The notes below the pieces were generated by a model. That model made no database searches, was not told the DNA's origin, and saw nothing but the letters and a program-made list of their open reading frames with translations. The translations under genes were made by a program, and so were the position numbers. Positions 8,829 through 17,520 of a DNA stretch of 64,000 bases are shown here, in pieces. Source of the DNA: Nitrosopumilaceae archaeon (lineage in GTDB: Archaea > Thermoproteota > Nitrososphaeria > Nitrososphaerales > Nitrosopumilaceae); the NCBI GenBank assembly GCA_965214835.1, contig CBDCCK010000002.1:192001-256000 (forward strand). The letters are read 5' to 3'. Within the stretch, counting starts at the first letter, position 1, and each line of letters opens with the position of its first letter.

Positions 8829-11429
8829 TCACATGCTGGTGTTTATGCTTGCAAACTGTATGGACGCGGTGGCGGACGCCTGTCCGTGCTGTGTACGGTC
8901 CCGGAACCCTGCCGGGAGTGGCGGATTGCTGCCATCCGCGCGTATCTGGTTGTAAAAGTAAAACTCGACAAAGTCCCCCTCGCTTACGGGTACCGACACG
9001 GTGTCAAATATCCTGACCTCCGGATACGCAAAGCGTGCCGTATGATACGTGGCGTACTGGCCTGACAGCCCTGCCTCGTGATCCGTTGCCGGGGTTTCGC
9101 TGAAGAATATCTGCATCCTGTAGGCCCCGTCAATCTGCTGCCGCTGCCCGTTGATGTATACCTCAAGCCATGCTGTCAGCGGATCACGCGGCCGTGGCGG
9201 CGGGGGCGGGATCGGTATGTTTTCAAACGTTCTCGTGTTCGTAATCTCGGATTCGCCAGATACGGAGGCCTGCACGTGTGCCTTCATCTGGCCGTCTGTC
9301 ACGGCCACCGCGTATGTCATTATTCCAGTCGTCGATTCGATCGATCCTATGAACGCGTCCTGGGACACGGTTATGGTGCTTGACGTCGGATCCGTGATCC
9401 TCAGCCCGGTTACGCCCAGCACGTCTGCTATGTTTATCGACGTGCCAACCCCGTTTATCGACAGGTGTATGGTCTCATACGCCGGAATGACCGGAATCAT
9501 GACTGCATCCCCCCCTCCATACCTGCCGTCCAGATACGAGAGCGGGATCTCGTCAAGTGTGATGCCGCTTACTTCAACCTGGCTGGGAACCGGAATCTTG
9601 ACGTATGCATGCGGCGTGTATGCCGTGCGCTCGGTTCCCGGAATCCTAAAGCTCTCCGAGTTCACCCGATCCATGATCAGCAGTCCCGACTGCTGGCCGC
9701 CTGCGTGCCGGTGCACCAGCGCCTCGTTGTACAGCCAAAGTCTCAGCTCCTCGCGTTGGACGTGGGCCGAGAACGAGTCGATTGTCACGCTGCCTTCCGA
9801 GATGCCTGCGCCTATGGTTGCCTGTCCGCTTGTAACCCTGTATACTGTACCCGCATCGATGCCGTCTATGCGAAGAAAGTCACGATCCTGTATGTCGTAT
9901 GCGCTTATTACAGACTGGCCTGCCTGCGTGCTGTCTATCACAAGGTACTTGTTCTGCAGTCCATCAAACTCGGCAGTAAAGGAACCTCTCATGACGTGGC
10001 CCTCCAGCTTTGCCGGAAGCGTGTCATATATGTAGTGGTTGTGATTTCCCACATTGTTATAGTTGGTCCTTAAAATCTTGCCTCCCGGTCTCGTTATAGA
10101 GTTTGGATCCATGGTCCACGCTGTGACATCGTCGCCCGTGACTGCAAGGTATCCGCTAGGATGTGATGCTATGCGCAGATTCGGCGTGGTGCTTATGTCG
10201 TGTGATCCCGTCTGTATGTATCTTCCCTTGCAGCACTTGCCATGATATACCACAAGTGATGCGCTCTGTGTGAATTCGTACAGGCATGATTTTACCGAGT
10301 CATCCACCGAGCCTGCCAGCACCTGCAGGCTGTCCGTGCCAGGATCCGACTGCGTGTGGCTTATGAGGAACCTTCCCTCAGAGAACGGTAGCGTCATCAG
10401 GTCGTAGGGGGACTCCACCACTCTGACCGTGGTGCCTTCGGCCGCAATGCCGTGAACGAGTGTCCTGGGTGCGACGTCTGTCAGCCTGAGTATGAGCCGT
10501 CCCTCTCCTGACACCGTTATTCCGTCCCCAGTGGAGGAGGCCGCAATGTCGCCGTGAATTGTCCTGGAATCCGTGTATCCCAGTGTGTTTGACGGGTTTG
10601 GCTTATTCAGGACTCCGTACTGGTTGAGAGTGTAGTCGTGATACGAGTAGGGGATGGGCCGCGAAAATATTATACCGTCGTCACTAATCACCGCCACGTA
10701 CTCTGCTTCGGCAGGCAACTGGATGTAGGGCCTCAGTGACTGCTCTGTGCCGATCGTCCCCGTGCCGTATATGACCTTTCCAGGCACGTCATGGTATACC
10801 AGACGCGCGCTTACTCCGAGTCCTGCCCCCATTGCCGTGCCGACCGCATCTCCACCGCCTCCTGGACCGCCTCCGAATCCCGTCCCGTTCACCCCGCCGT
10901 CAGGGCCCACAGGTATCTGCTCGCCGTCAGGCCCGGGCACCGTCCATCCGCCGTCCGTGCCGTTCCACGATGCCGGGCCGTATCCGCCGACGACGGGGAG
11001 ATCGACCGTAAACACGTTTCCGTATGACGTCACCACGTCTGCCCGCTCAAACCCCCCGAGATCCGGCAGGTCTGCCAGCCCCAGGCTTTTCTGCCCGCCG
11101 ACAGGCATGCTCATCGGCGTAAGCGTTGTGTCGTACCCGGTAAAGTTCCTGCCGGTACCGTCGTCCATTATTGCCCTGTAGGCTATGGCCCCGTCGGAGT
11201 CATAGAACCGCATCATGACTATTTCTGCCTCCTCTCCCCCGGCGTTTGTCAGCAGTATCTGGCCGTCAAACTGGAACTCCGGATCCACCTCCTCGAGCCG
11301 CTTGTCGGTGTCCGTCAGCGAGGACTCTGTGGATCTTACGCCGGCCTCGAGCATCGTGGATACGGCATACATCCCTGCCGCCATGATAAGCACCACTATT
11401 GCGGTAGCTATGAGCACCTGGTTCATCAC
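8829..11429 (-). CDS. large pilin-like/adhesin surface protein (866 aa)
   Basis: N-terminal TM, LTNAGG..EIV and VVTSYGNVF motifs of archaeal minor pilins, Gly-rich linker, beta-rich remainder. Confidence 0.65.
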   Translation of the reverse strand: MMNQVLIATAIVVLIMAAGMYAVSTMLEAGVRSTESSLTDTDKRLEEVDPEFQFDGQILLTNAGGEEAEIVMMRFYDSDGAIAYRAIMDDGTGRNFTGYDTTLTPMSMPVGGQKSLGLADLPDLGGFERADVVTSYGNVFTVDLPVVGGYGPASWNGTDGGWTVPGPDGEQIPVGPDGGVNGTGFGGGPGGGGDAVGTAMGAGLGVSARLVYHDVPGKVIYGTGTIGTEQSLRPYIQLPAEAEYVAVISDDGIIFSRPIPYSYHDYTLNQYGVLNKPNPSNTLGYTDSRTIHGDIAASSTGDGITVSGEGRLILRLTDVAPRTLVHGIAAEGTTVRVVESPYDLMTLPFSEGRFLISHTQSDPGTDSLQVLAGSVDDSVKSCLYEFTQSASLVVYHGKCCKGRYIQTGSHDISTTPNLRIASHPSGYLAVTGDDVTAWTMDPNSITRPGGKILRTNYNNVGNHNHYIYDTLPAKLEGHVMRGSFTAEFDGLQNKYLVIDSTQAGQSVISAYDIQDRDFLRIDGIDAGTVYRVTSGQATIGAGISEGSVTIDSFSAHVQREELRLWLYNEALVHRHAGGQQSGLLIMDRVNSESFRIPGTERTAYTPHAYVKIPVPSQVEVSGITLDEIPLSYLDGRYGGGDAVMIPVIPAYETIHLSINGVGTSINIADVLGVTGLRITDPTSSTITVSQDAFIGSIESTTGIMTYAVAVTDGQMKAHVQASVSGESEITNTRTFENIPIPPPPPRPRDPLTAWLEVYINGQRQQIDGAYRMQIFFSETPATDHEAGLSGQYATYHTARFAYPEVRIFDTVSVPVSEGDFVEFYFYNQIRADGSNPPLPAGFRDRTQHGQASATASIQFASINTSM

Positions 11430-11445
11430 CTATGAACGGGCGGTT

Positions 11446-11462
11446 CTATTAAGGCCGGATTC
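11446..11462 (-). promoter_or_regulatory. promoter GAATCCGGC-CTTAATAG
   Basis: 9-mer identical to the one at 2271-2279; upstream of the 866-aa gene. Confidence 0.6.
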
Positions 11463-12913
11463 TACGGGTTCAGGAGGCCGGCTATGGCGTCCTGGATGGA
11501 TCGCACTGCCTGTCCCATTGCGTCAGTTATCTGCTGCTCCCACGACGGTGCAGTAGGATCCGGCCGGACGTCTTCTCGTTGCGGTGCAGGCGGCTCTTCC
11601 TGTGACTGTGATGGCGGCGGCGTGATCTGCCTGACTGCCTGTGACTGTGCCGGGTCAGGCGGCTGCGTGTCGGCGGGTTCGGATGGCGCCTGCGCCGGTC
11701 CGGGGTCAGGTGCCTGTGTGTCGATGGTGTCAGGTGCGGCGGTTATGGCATCCGGTATCTGATGCGATTCCTGATCCGTGCCGTCTGCCAGTGATGCCGC
11801 ATCCACCTCCTGCTCCTGCACGTCATCTGTCGGCGGCTCTGCGGTCCCGCCGTCGTCCCTGTCAGGCATGTCTGATGCCGCATCTCCCTCCTCCGCCTCC
11901 TCCAGGCCAGGATCCCCTTCCTGCGGCAGCCCCGTTCCGTCCCTGTCTGTCATTTCGTCAAGCACCGCGCCTATCACCTCGTCCGGATCGTCTCGCGAGC
12001 TGACGTCGACCCGTATGAACTCCCCGATGCTGCCGCCCGGATCCATGCCGTTGTACGACGTCATCCTGAACTCTGCCCCGTCATACGTATGCGAGAGGAA
12101 AGGTGACTCTACCGTCCCCTGGACAGGCAGCGGCACGTCGCTGTGAACCAGCAGCCTTGCCGAGTCGATTTCTCCAGAGACCACTATCGTATACTGCGTG
12201 GAATCCTCCCTGCCCGGCGTCATTGCCACGTCGTGTATGATCATCGTCGATCCCGCAGACGTCCTCGACGGGATCTCGTCGCCTATGGCCGGCCTGCCCA
12301 GTATGTGCCGCATGCCGGCATCCGTATATGGCCAGAGGACTGTATCTGCAATCATCCCCGGTATGGGACCGTGACCGAACGGATGCATGTTAAAGGCGTC
12401 ATCTGCCAGCAGTATCTCTGCCGTATCGGCCGTGCGCGCCTGCACCATCCAGACCTCCCCCGAGTGCATCTGGCCCCTTCCCAGTATCTCAAGGGACAAT
12501 ACATCGCACTCGTCCGCGCCGCTGATCCTGTCATGGCGGCAGAACTCGTAGACAAACTCGTCGCCCGTATCCCACCCATATTCCCATGATCTGGCGTGAT
12601 CCCCAAAATAGTAGCTGATGTTGGGCGCCGCCGCCTCCTGCCCCCAGGCAATCCACGGCAGCTGCAGTTGTTGTTCCGGCACAACAGTCCATGACGTGCA
12701 CGTCATCTGTATCTGATCTGACTGGGGCGCCATCTCCGACCCGTACATCGCAGTCATGTTTGATGATGACGTGCACGTCATCTGTATCTGATCTGACTGG
12801 GACTGTGGGGATGCCAGATTTGCCGCAATCCCCCCAAGCTCCGCCGACAGTATCACCACTGAGATTATGATCATCAGATTTAGTACTGCACCATATGAGA
12901 ATGTCATGCTCAT
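11462..12913 (-). CDS. membrane-anchored secreted protein with acidic/Pro-rich C-terminus
   Basis: N-terminal TM, duplicated QSDQIQMTCTS, low-complexity D/E/P tail; ATGA-coupled. Confidence 0.65.
   Translation of the reverse strand: MSMTFSYGAVLNLMIIISVVILSAELGGIAANLASPQSQSDQIQMTCTSSSNMTAMYGSEMAPQSDQIQMTCTSWTVVPEQQLQLPWIAWGQEAAAPNISYYFGDHARSWEYGWDTGDEFVYEFCRHDRISGADECDVLSLEILGRGQMHSGEVWMVQARTADTAEILLADDAFNMHPFGHGPIPGMIADTVLWPYTDAGMRHILGRPAIGDEIPSRTSAGSTMIIHDVAMTPGREDSTQYTIVVSGEIDSARLLVHSDVPLPVQGTVESPFLSHTYDGAEFRMTSYNGMDPGGSIGEFIRVDVSSRDDPDEVIGAVLDEMTDRDGTGLPQEGDPGLEEAEEGDAASDMPDRDDGGTAEPPTDDVQEQEVDAASLADGTDQESHQIPDAITAAPDTIDTQAPDPGPAQAPSEPADTQPPDPAQSQAVRQITPPPSQSQEEPPAPQREDVRPDPTAPSWEQQITDAMGQAVRSIQDAIAGLLNP
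12691..12801. repeat. two exact 36-bp direct repeats (75-bp period) containing the 16-bp palindrome ATGACGTGCACGTCAT
   Basis: 12691-12726 and 12766-12801. Confidence 0.9.
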
Positions 12914-14139
12914 GGCGAGTCATCCTCCCCCTCCGGCGGCGAGGCCTCCAGCACGCCTCCTGCCCCGGTCAGGATCACCAGGTGCGCATCCGAGGACTGC
13001 GGGACCCTGCAGCGTATCTCCGTTATCACTCCTGCCGGAAGCCTCAGGTCGCGCTCGTTGATGTTGTTTGTCGTGCAGCCGTCCTCCTTCAGATGGCTTG
13101 CAGTGTATCCCTGCTCGCTGATGCCGTGTATGGTGGCCCCCGCACCAGAGGCCTCGACTACGATGTACGGGTTCTGCAGGGTGTTGGCAGGCGGCCATAC
13201 ATCAAAGTCAGGCGGGCCGATGGCAAACGTCTCGGAGCCCTGCACGCCGTTTGCATTGAGTGTCCTGTCGCTTGTGACCCACCAGACCGGCAGCGCGTCC
13301 ATGACCCGGTGGCAGTCCTCTGTGAACGGGCCGTCGTCGTGGATCTCTTGTGTCGGCTGCGAGTCCGCATATGCGCCAGGCGTTACCCTCTTTGCCTCAA
13401 GGCCCGCCTGGCGGATCGTCATATTTCCGGACGCGAATCCCGTGTCGCACGCCGTCCTGTCGCCTGATACGAACGTTGCGTCCCCTACCGAGTAGTCGCC
13501 ACTGTCATTGGGGAAGCTCGGGTGGTCAGGCCCGTACCATACGGGAGGCATGTTGCCGTACCTTAGCGTCTCGCGCTCCGAATGGTCCCCCATATCGTAC
13601 GCATCCAGCGCGGGCACGTACATCTCCTGCAGCTCCGCAGGCGTGTGGTCCGACGTGGCTATCCACCACCTGGCGACGCCCGTGCCGTTGAGCGTTACCG
13701 TATGCGTGCCCCCGCCGGGGACCCCGAGCGCAAACAGCTCCATCTGGCCCGGCAGTACCGCGTACTCTGCGTCGCCGGGCTCCGCTGACGTGTCAAATAT
13801 CCCCGCTATCCGGGCGTCGTTTTCCCCGTAGTTTGTTATGGTTACTGTAACGCTGGTCCAGTTCTGCCCGAGGGGCGCCCTGTCTACGGATACAATCTCC
13901 AGCTTTTCTGCAAGACCAGCTGCCTGCATCTCGTTGAGATCGACTATCGCAGAGGACATCGACTCGATGTGCTCGGACAGCCCCAGCAGCATCACCCCCA
14001 TGAATATGCCTGCAACTGCGGCCACCCCGAGGTACTCGTTGGTATAGGTTATGGCGTCGAGGCGGCCAAATGATGGAAGGATGGTGGTTGTCATTGACCC
14101 TGCGCTCGTACGCAACAGTCTGGCTACAGACTTCATCAT
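12910..14139 (-). CDS. pilin-like surface protein
   Basis: Hydrophobic helix after TNEY, EKLEIV and VTITNYGENDARI motifs; start chosen from the TATA position. Confidence 0.55.
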   Translation of the reverse strand: MMKSVARLLRTSAGSMTTTILPSFGRLDAITYTNEYLGVAAVAGIFMGVMLLGLSEHIESMSSAIVDLNEMQAAGLAEKLEIVSVDRAPLGQNWTSVTVTITNYGENDARIAGIFDTSAEPGDAEYAVLPGQMELFALGVPGGGTHTVTLNGTGVARWWIATSDHTPAELQEMYVPALDAYDMGDHSERETLRYGNMPPVWYGPDHPSFPNDSGDYSVGDATFVSGDRTACDTGFASGNMTIRQAGLEAKRVTPGAYADSQPTQEIHDDGPFTEDCHRVMDALPVWWVTSDRTLNANGVQGSETFAIGPPDFDVWPPANTLQNPYIVVEASGAGATIHGISEQGYTASHLKEDGCTTNNINERDLRLPAGVITEIRCRVPQSSDAHLVILTGAGGVLEASPPEGEDDSP

Positions 14140-14155
14140 ATACCATACTGCCTGT

Positions 14156-14172
14156 CTATTAAGGACGCAATC
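14156..14172 (-). promoter_or_regulatory. promoter GATTGCGTC-CTTAATAG
   Basis: CCTTAATAGA shared exactly with 11445-11454. Confidence 0.55.
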
Positions 14173-15157
14173 AGGCGTCGTTTGCGACAAAGACTACGAA
14201 CCTCCTTCCGCCCAGCGCCCCCTTCCACTCCTTGTACGTCTTGATGCTCTGCGACGTCATGACCGTCGGCGGAACGGAGTCTGCGCCGAGGAACTTTTTC
14301 TGCTTTGCAGACAGCGCGTACACCTGCTCGCCCCTGTCCCCCTCCAGTATCAGGACGTTGTCCTTTTCTTGGCGCGGGCCGATGTGCGTGTCCGTCACGA
14401 TATAGTCGCGCCCGCAGGCGCATCCGAACTCGCGCGCCGGAGCCGGCGCCTTGCGCTCCGCGCCGTCCACACCTTCCGCCGGCGCCCTGTCCTCCTTGGA
14501 TCGGCCGAGCATCTCGCGGAACACGCGCGGCGTGGGCCATCTAAAGTCCGACTTTGAGATGTATCCTGGCATGTTGCCTATCTTCTCTATTATTGTTGCC
14601 GCATCTTCGGCGTCAAGCTTGGCGATTGCGCGGAACAGCCACAGGGGGAACGTCGAGCGTATGCCGATTCCGTGCAGGTTCTGTATCATCCCCTCCAGCG
14701 CCGAGAGGGCGCCGGGCTCCATCCCTGCCTCGTGCATCTTTCCAAACGCCGCCGGCATGTACAGCATTGATGCGGCCTCCGCCGAGCCGCCGTACTTTGC
14801 GGCGTACGGATCCAGCAGCCTGACTATGGTCGCCGGGTTGGGAAAGCTCCTCTCTGAGAGTGTAAGCTTGCTTGCAGTGGCGTCCGACGCGGATATGAGC
14901 AGCGCCGGCACCTGTTCTACCTTTGCCTCCCTGGCGGCCGCATACACGTCGTATCTTGCCACCAGATCGTACCGTTTTTTGCCGCCCGGCCTTGACTCTG
15001 CCACTATCACAAAGAACAGCTTTTCTGCCTCCGAGCCCACAGCCCTTGTCGCAATCTCGACTGCCTCCCTTGACGGCCTGTCAACGACGTCCCTGGGCTT
15101 TGATATGTCGGATACGGATATGACGCGGTACTGGCCGACGGTCTCCTTGCTACTCAA
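14171..15157 (-). CDS. ParB/Srx-like N-terminal domain protein (divergent)
   Basis: ISVSDI...VIVAE...YDLVARYDVYAAAREAKVEQVPALL follows the ParB pattern, with the GxxR motif degenerate; CxCG near the C-terminus. Confidence 0.5.
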   Translation of the reverse strand: MSSKETVGQYRVISVSDISKPRDVVDRPSREAVEIATRAVGSEAEKLFFVIVAESRPGGKKRYDLVARYDVYAAAREAKVEQVPALLISASDATASKLTLSERSFPNPATIVRLLDPYAAKYGGSAEAASMLYMPAAFGKMHEAGMEPGALSALEGMIQNLHGIGIRSTFPLWLFRAIAKLDAEDAATIIEKIGNMPGYISKSDFRWPTPRVFREMLGRSKEDRAPAEGVDGAERKAPAPAREFGCACGRDYIVTDTHIGPRQEKDNVLILEGDRGEQVYALSAKQKKFLGADSVPPTVMTSQSIKTYKEWKGALGGRRFVVFVANDA

Positions 15158-15818
15158 TGTACTCCTCCATTATGGCGCGCGCGGCCTTTACCTTGGCGTC
15201 GGCAGACGTCTGCGGCATGTCTCCGAGCATCTTGGCTACGGCCATGTGGTGCTCGGGCCTCACGTGCTTGCGGATCAGATACCGCTCTGACGGCTCCCAG
15301 TCCGGCTCCATCAGGTTGAGCCGGACGGCGCACGGCTTGATGTTGTATATGACGTCTCCGGGCTTCATCTGGCGGTGGTACCCGAATGTGGATCTTACGG
15401 CGTCTATTATCTCGTGCAGATCGCGCGGCATCTCGTGGAACTGTGCGGCCTGGTAGATGCAGAATGCGACCGTCTGCGCGACCCCGAGCTTGTGCGGCCT
15501 GAGCCTGCGCCACATCTCATGCGCGTCGCCTGCCGCGCACTCTGACATGTTCAGCTTCTCGCAGGCCCTCCTGAAGGAGACCTCGTGGCGGTCCCTCCTC
15601 CTCATCATGCCTTCGGTCCTGATCCCCGATATGTGCTGCAGTTTCAGTTTGGGATCGACGAGCCTCTCGCCGCCAAGCGGGAACGAGGACGGCGCCACCG
15701 GGACTTCGGCGCCCTCGTGTATCTCGTCCTCGAGAACCATGCCGCACCTGCCGCAGCACGACTCGTGATCTGCCGTTATGATATTGGTAGAGTTGCACCT
15801 GTTGCACCTGGTTTTCAT
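15150..15818 (-). CDS. truncated TFB/TFIIB-like transcription factor
   Basis: Zn ribbon CNRC..CGRCGMVLED, one cyclin repeat (CEKLNM..AFCIYQAA..PRDLHEI), second repeat largely absent (222 aa). Confidence 0.85.
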   Translation of the reverse strand: MKTRCNRCNSTNIITADHESCCGRCGMVLEDEIHEGAEVPVAPSSFPLGGERLVDPKLKLQHISGIRTEGMMRRRDRHEVSFRRACEKLNMSECAAGDAHEMWRRLRPHKLGVAQTVAFCIYQAAQFHEMPRDLHEIIDAVRSTFGYHRQMKPGDVIYNIKPCAVRLNLMEPDWEPSERYLIRKHVRPEHHMAVAKMLGDMPQTSADAKVKAARAIMEEYIE

Positions 15819-16033
15819 CTGTAGCCAACCACTACCATTGGTGCACTATTTAAGCATCAGCACACCTGTGTGCGGTAAAATGTCCCGAAACATCCCCATG
15901 GTTTCAAACTTTGGCCGCACCGGCAAGCTACCAAATCCGTGCCATGACAGTATGACATTCAAACTGTGGAAGTGAATGTGTGATGTGGTTCGTTGTTGAT
16001 CGGTTGTCGTACTTGTCCTTTAAATACCAAAAC

Positions 16034-16073
16034 TCACCGTTAAAGGGTGCTACCTAGCACTCTTTCACGGTGA
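16034..16073. repeat. 19-bp-arm inverted repeat (17/19), possible terminator/operator/oriT
   Basis: TCACCGTTAAAGGGTGCTA-cc-TAGCACTCTTTCACGGTGA immediately after the stop at 16075. Confidence 0.8.
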
Positions 16074-16074
16074 C

Positions 16075-17520
16075 TTATTCCAAGAATTCAAACGTCGTGC
16101 CTTCACTGTTTCCCCGCCTTTTCCGCCAGAAATAGAACGCTCCAACACCTATACATGCAATTACGATGTATATAACAATTCTGTCGGATTCGGGGACAGT
16201 TGCCGCCTCGGGTATTATCGCGTCAGTGATTCCACTGGTTGCGTTCTCTGGAATTATCCTGTCTATGATCTCGGCTACCGGCTCCACCGGCACCGTCACC
16301 GGCGGCGCAGGCTTTGGGCACGAGTTCCAGTGCTCGGCGGCAAAGCTGCTCTTCTTGCAGAACCCAGACTCCAGCCGTGCATGACCGAGCTCCAGCAGCT
16401 CGGCGTTGAGAACGGTATCGCCGCATGTCACCTTTGCCCATGTCGCCCCCCTGGAATCCTCCGGGGTCGTATCGTCCGCATCCACTAGCACGTGTGCGTG
16501 CAGCGGGCAGTGCTCGGCAGTAAAGGCTGCCGCCTCGATCGACCTGGTGCTGCGCAGATCGTCCGGGGTGTTTGCAAGCGACAGCCGTATCTCCGTGCCG
16601 TCCACCTCAAACCCGTCGCCGTCGTCAAGCTCCGTCACCACCCCGACATGGCACGTGTCACACGTCATGTTGTAGCTCCATCCGACGTACATCGCATTGT
16701 GCTCCACGACATCCCTGACGTTGAGCGGATCTTCTGTGGCCGCCTCCATGGCCTCTGAGCGGATCTGTTCTGTGATTTCTGGCGCGTCTACCACCTTTAT
16801 GCCGCCGCGGACCCACGGGTGTATTGTACACCAGAACTCGCCGTCACCGTCGGCCCTCTCCGGCACCAGCACGCCGTCACCGTCCGGGAGTATCTCCCCC
16901 GTCGTGACATCGCCGACCCTGATGTTGTGTGTCACATAGTCGTTGTTCCAGAACCTGACGGGCACGCCGACCGGTGTCGTCGTGTGTTGCGGTGACGTGC
17001 ACCCGTCTCTGGATGATGCCGGTGCCTCCGCTTCATCCTCCTCTGTGTCCCCCGTGTCTGCATCCTCGCAGGCGACTATGGCGTTGCGCATGATGTCGAT
17101 CTCTATTCGGCCGGAGTGATCCGTGATCAGAAAGTTCAGATCGTGAGTCCTCTCGCGGGTCCTTGTGTCTGCCGCGTCCCATGTAGTTATCTGTACGGTG
17201 TACAGCCCAGACTGGGTGCCGCCCTCAAGGCTGACAAACCCGACCAGGACTCCCGATTCTGCCACGAGAAGCGTGGACTCTTCTATAGTCCCGCCGGGGC
17301 CCGTGACTGTCATGTTTGCATTGGGAAGCTCTATGCGCCCGTCTATTCTTACCAGCAGCCGCTCTGTATGCCTTTCAAGTATCCTGTCCTCGATGTGCAC
17401 GCCGTACTCGTCACCGTGCTCCTCCGCATGTGCTGCCGGCGTACCGGATCCGAGCCAGAGGATCGCCATTGCCGTCACTACCAGCACTGCCAGTCCTGTT
17501 CCTGCAGTGCTGGGTCTCAT
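16075..17520 (-). CDS. surface protein: signal peptide + Ig-like + cupredoxin + thermonuclease(SNase)-like domain + C-terminal TM
   Basis: WNNDYVTHNI..FWCTIHPWV (cupredoxin); DGDGF..IRLSLANTPD..LNAELLELGHA (SNase); TM followed by RKRR. Confidence 0.8.
   Translation of the reverse strand: MRPSTAGTGLAVLVVTAMAILWLGSGTPAAHAEEHGDEYGVHIEDRILERHTERLLVRIDGRIELPNANMTVTGPGGTIEESTLLVAESGVLVGFVSLEGGTQSGLYTVQITTWDAADTRTRERTHDLNFLITDHSGRIEIDIMRNAIVACEDADTGDTEEDEAEAPASSRDGCTSPQHTTTPVGVPVRFWNNDYVTHNIRVGDVTTGEILPDGDGVLVPERADGDGEFWCTIHPWVRGGIKVVDAPEITEQIRSEAMEAATEDPLNVRDVVEHNAMYVGWSYNMTCDTCHVGVVTELDDGDGFEVDGTEIRLSLANTPDDLRSTRSIEAAAFTAEHCPLHAHVLVDADDTTPEDSRGATWAKVTCGDTVLNAELLELGHARLESGFCKKSSFAAEHWNSCPKPAPPVTVPVEPVAEIIDRIIPENATSGITDAIIPEAATVPESDRIVIYIVIACIGVGAFYFWRKRRGNSEGTTFEFLE

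Noticed and set aside
12691-12801. CRISPR array
   Set aside because: Only two repeats, in frame within a CDS, no leader or cas genes; kept as a repeat only
3781-14139. Archaellum (arl/fla) operon
   Set aside because: No ArlH KaiC-like ATPase, no recognisable ArlB/F/G and no chemotaxis genes; better described as a generic type IV pilus-like locus
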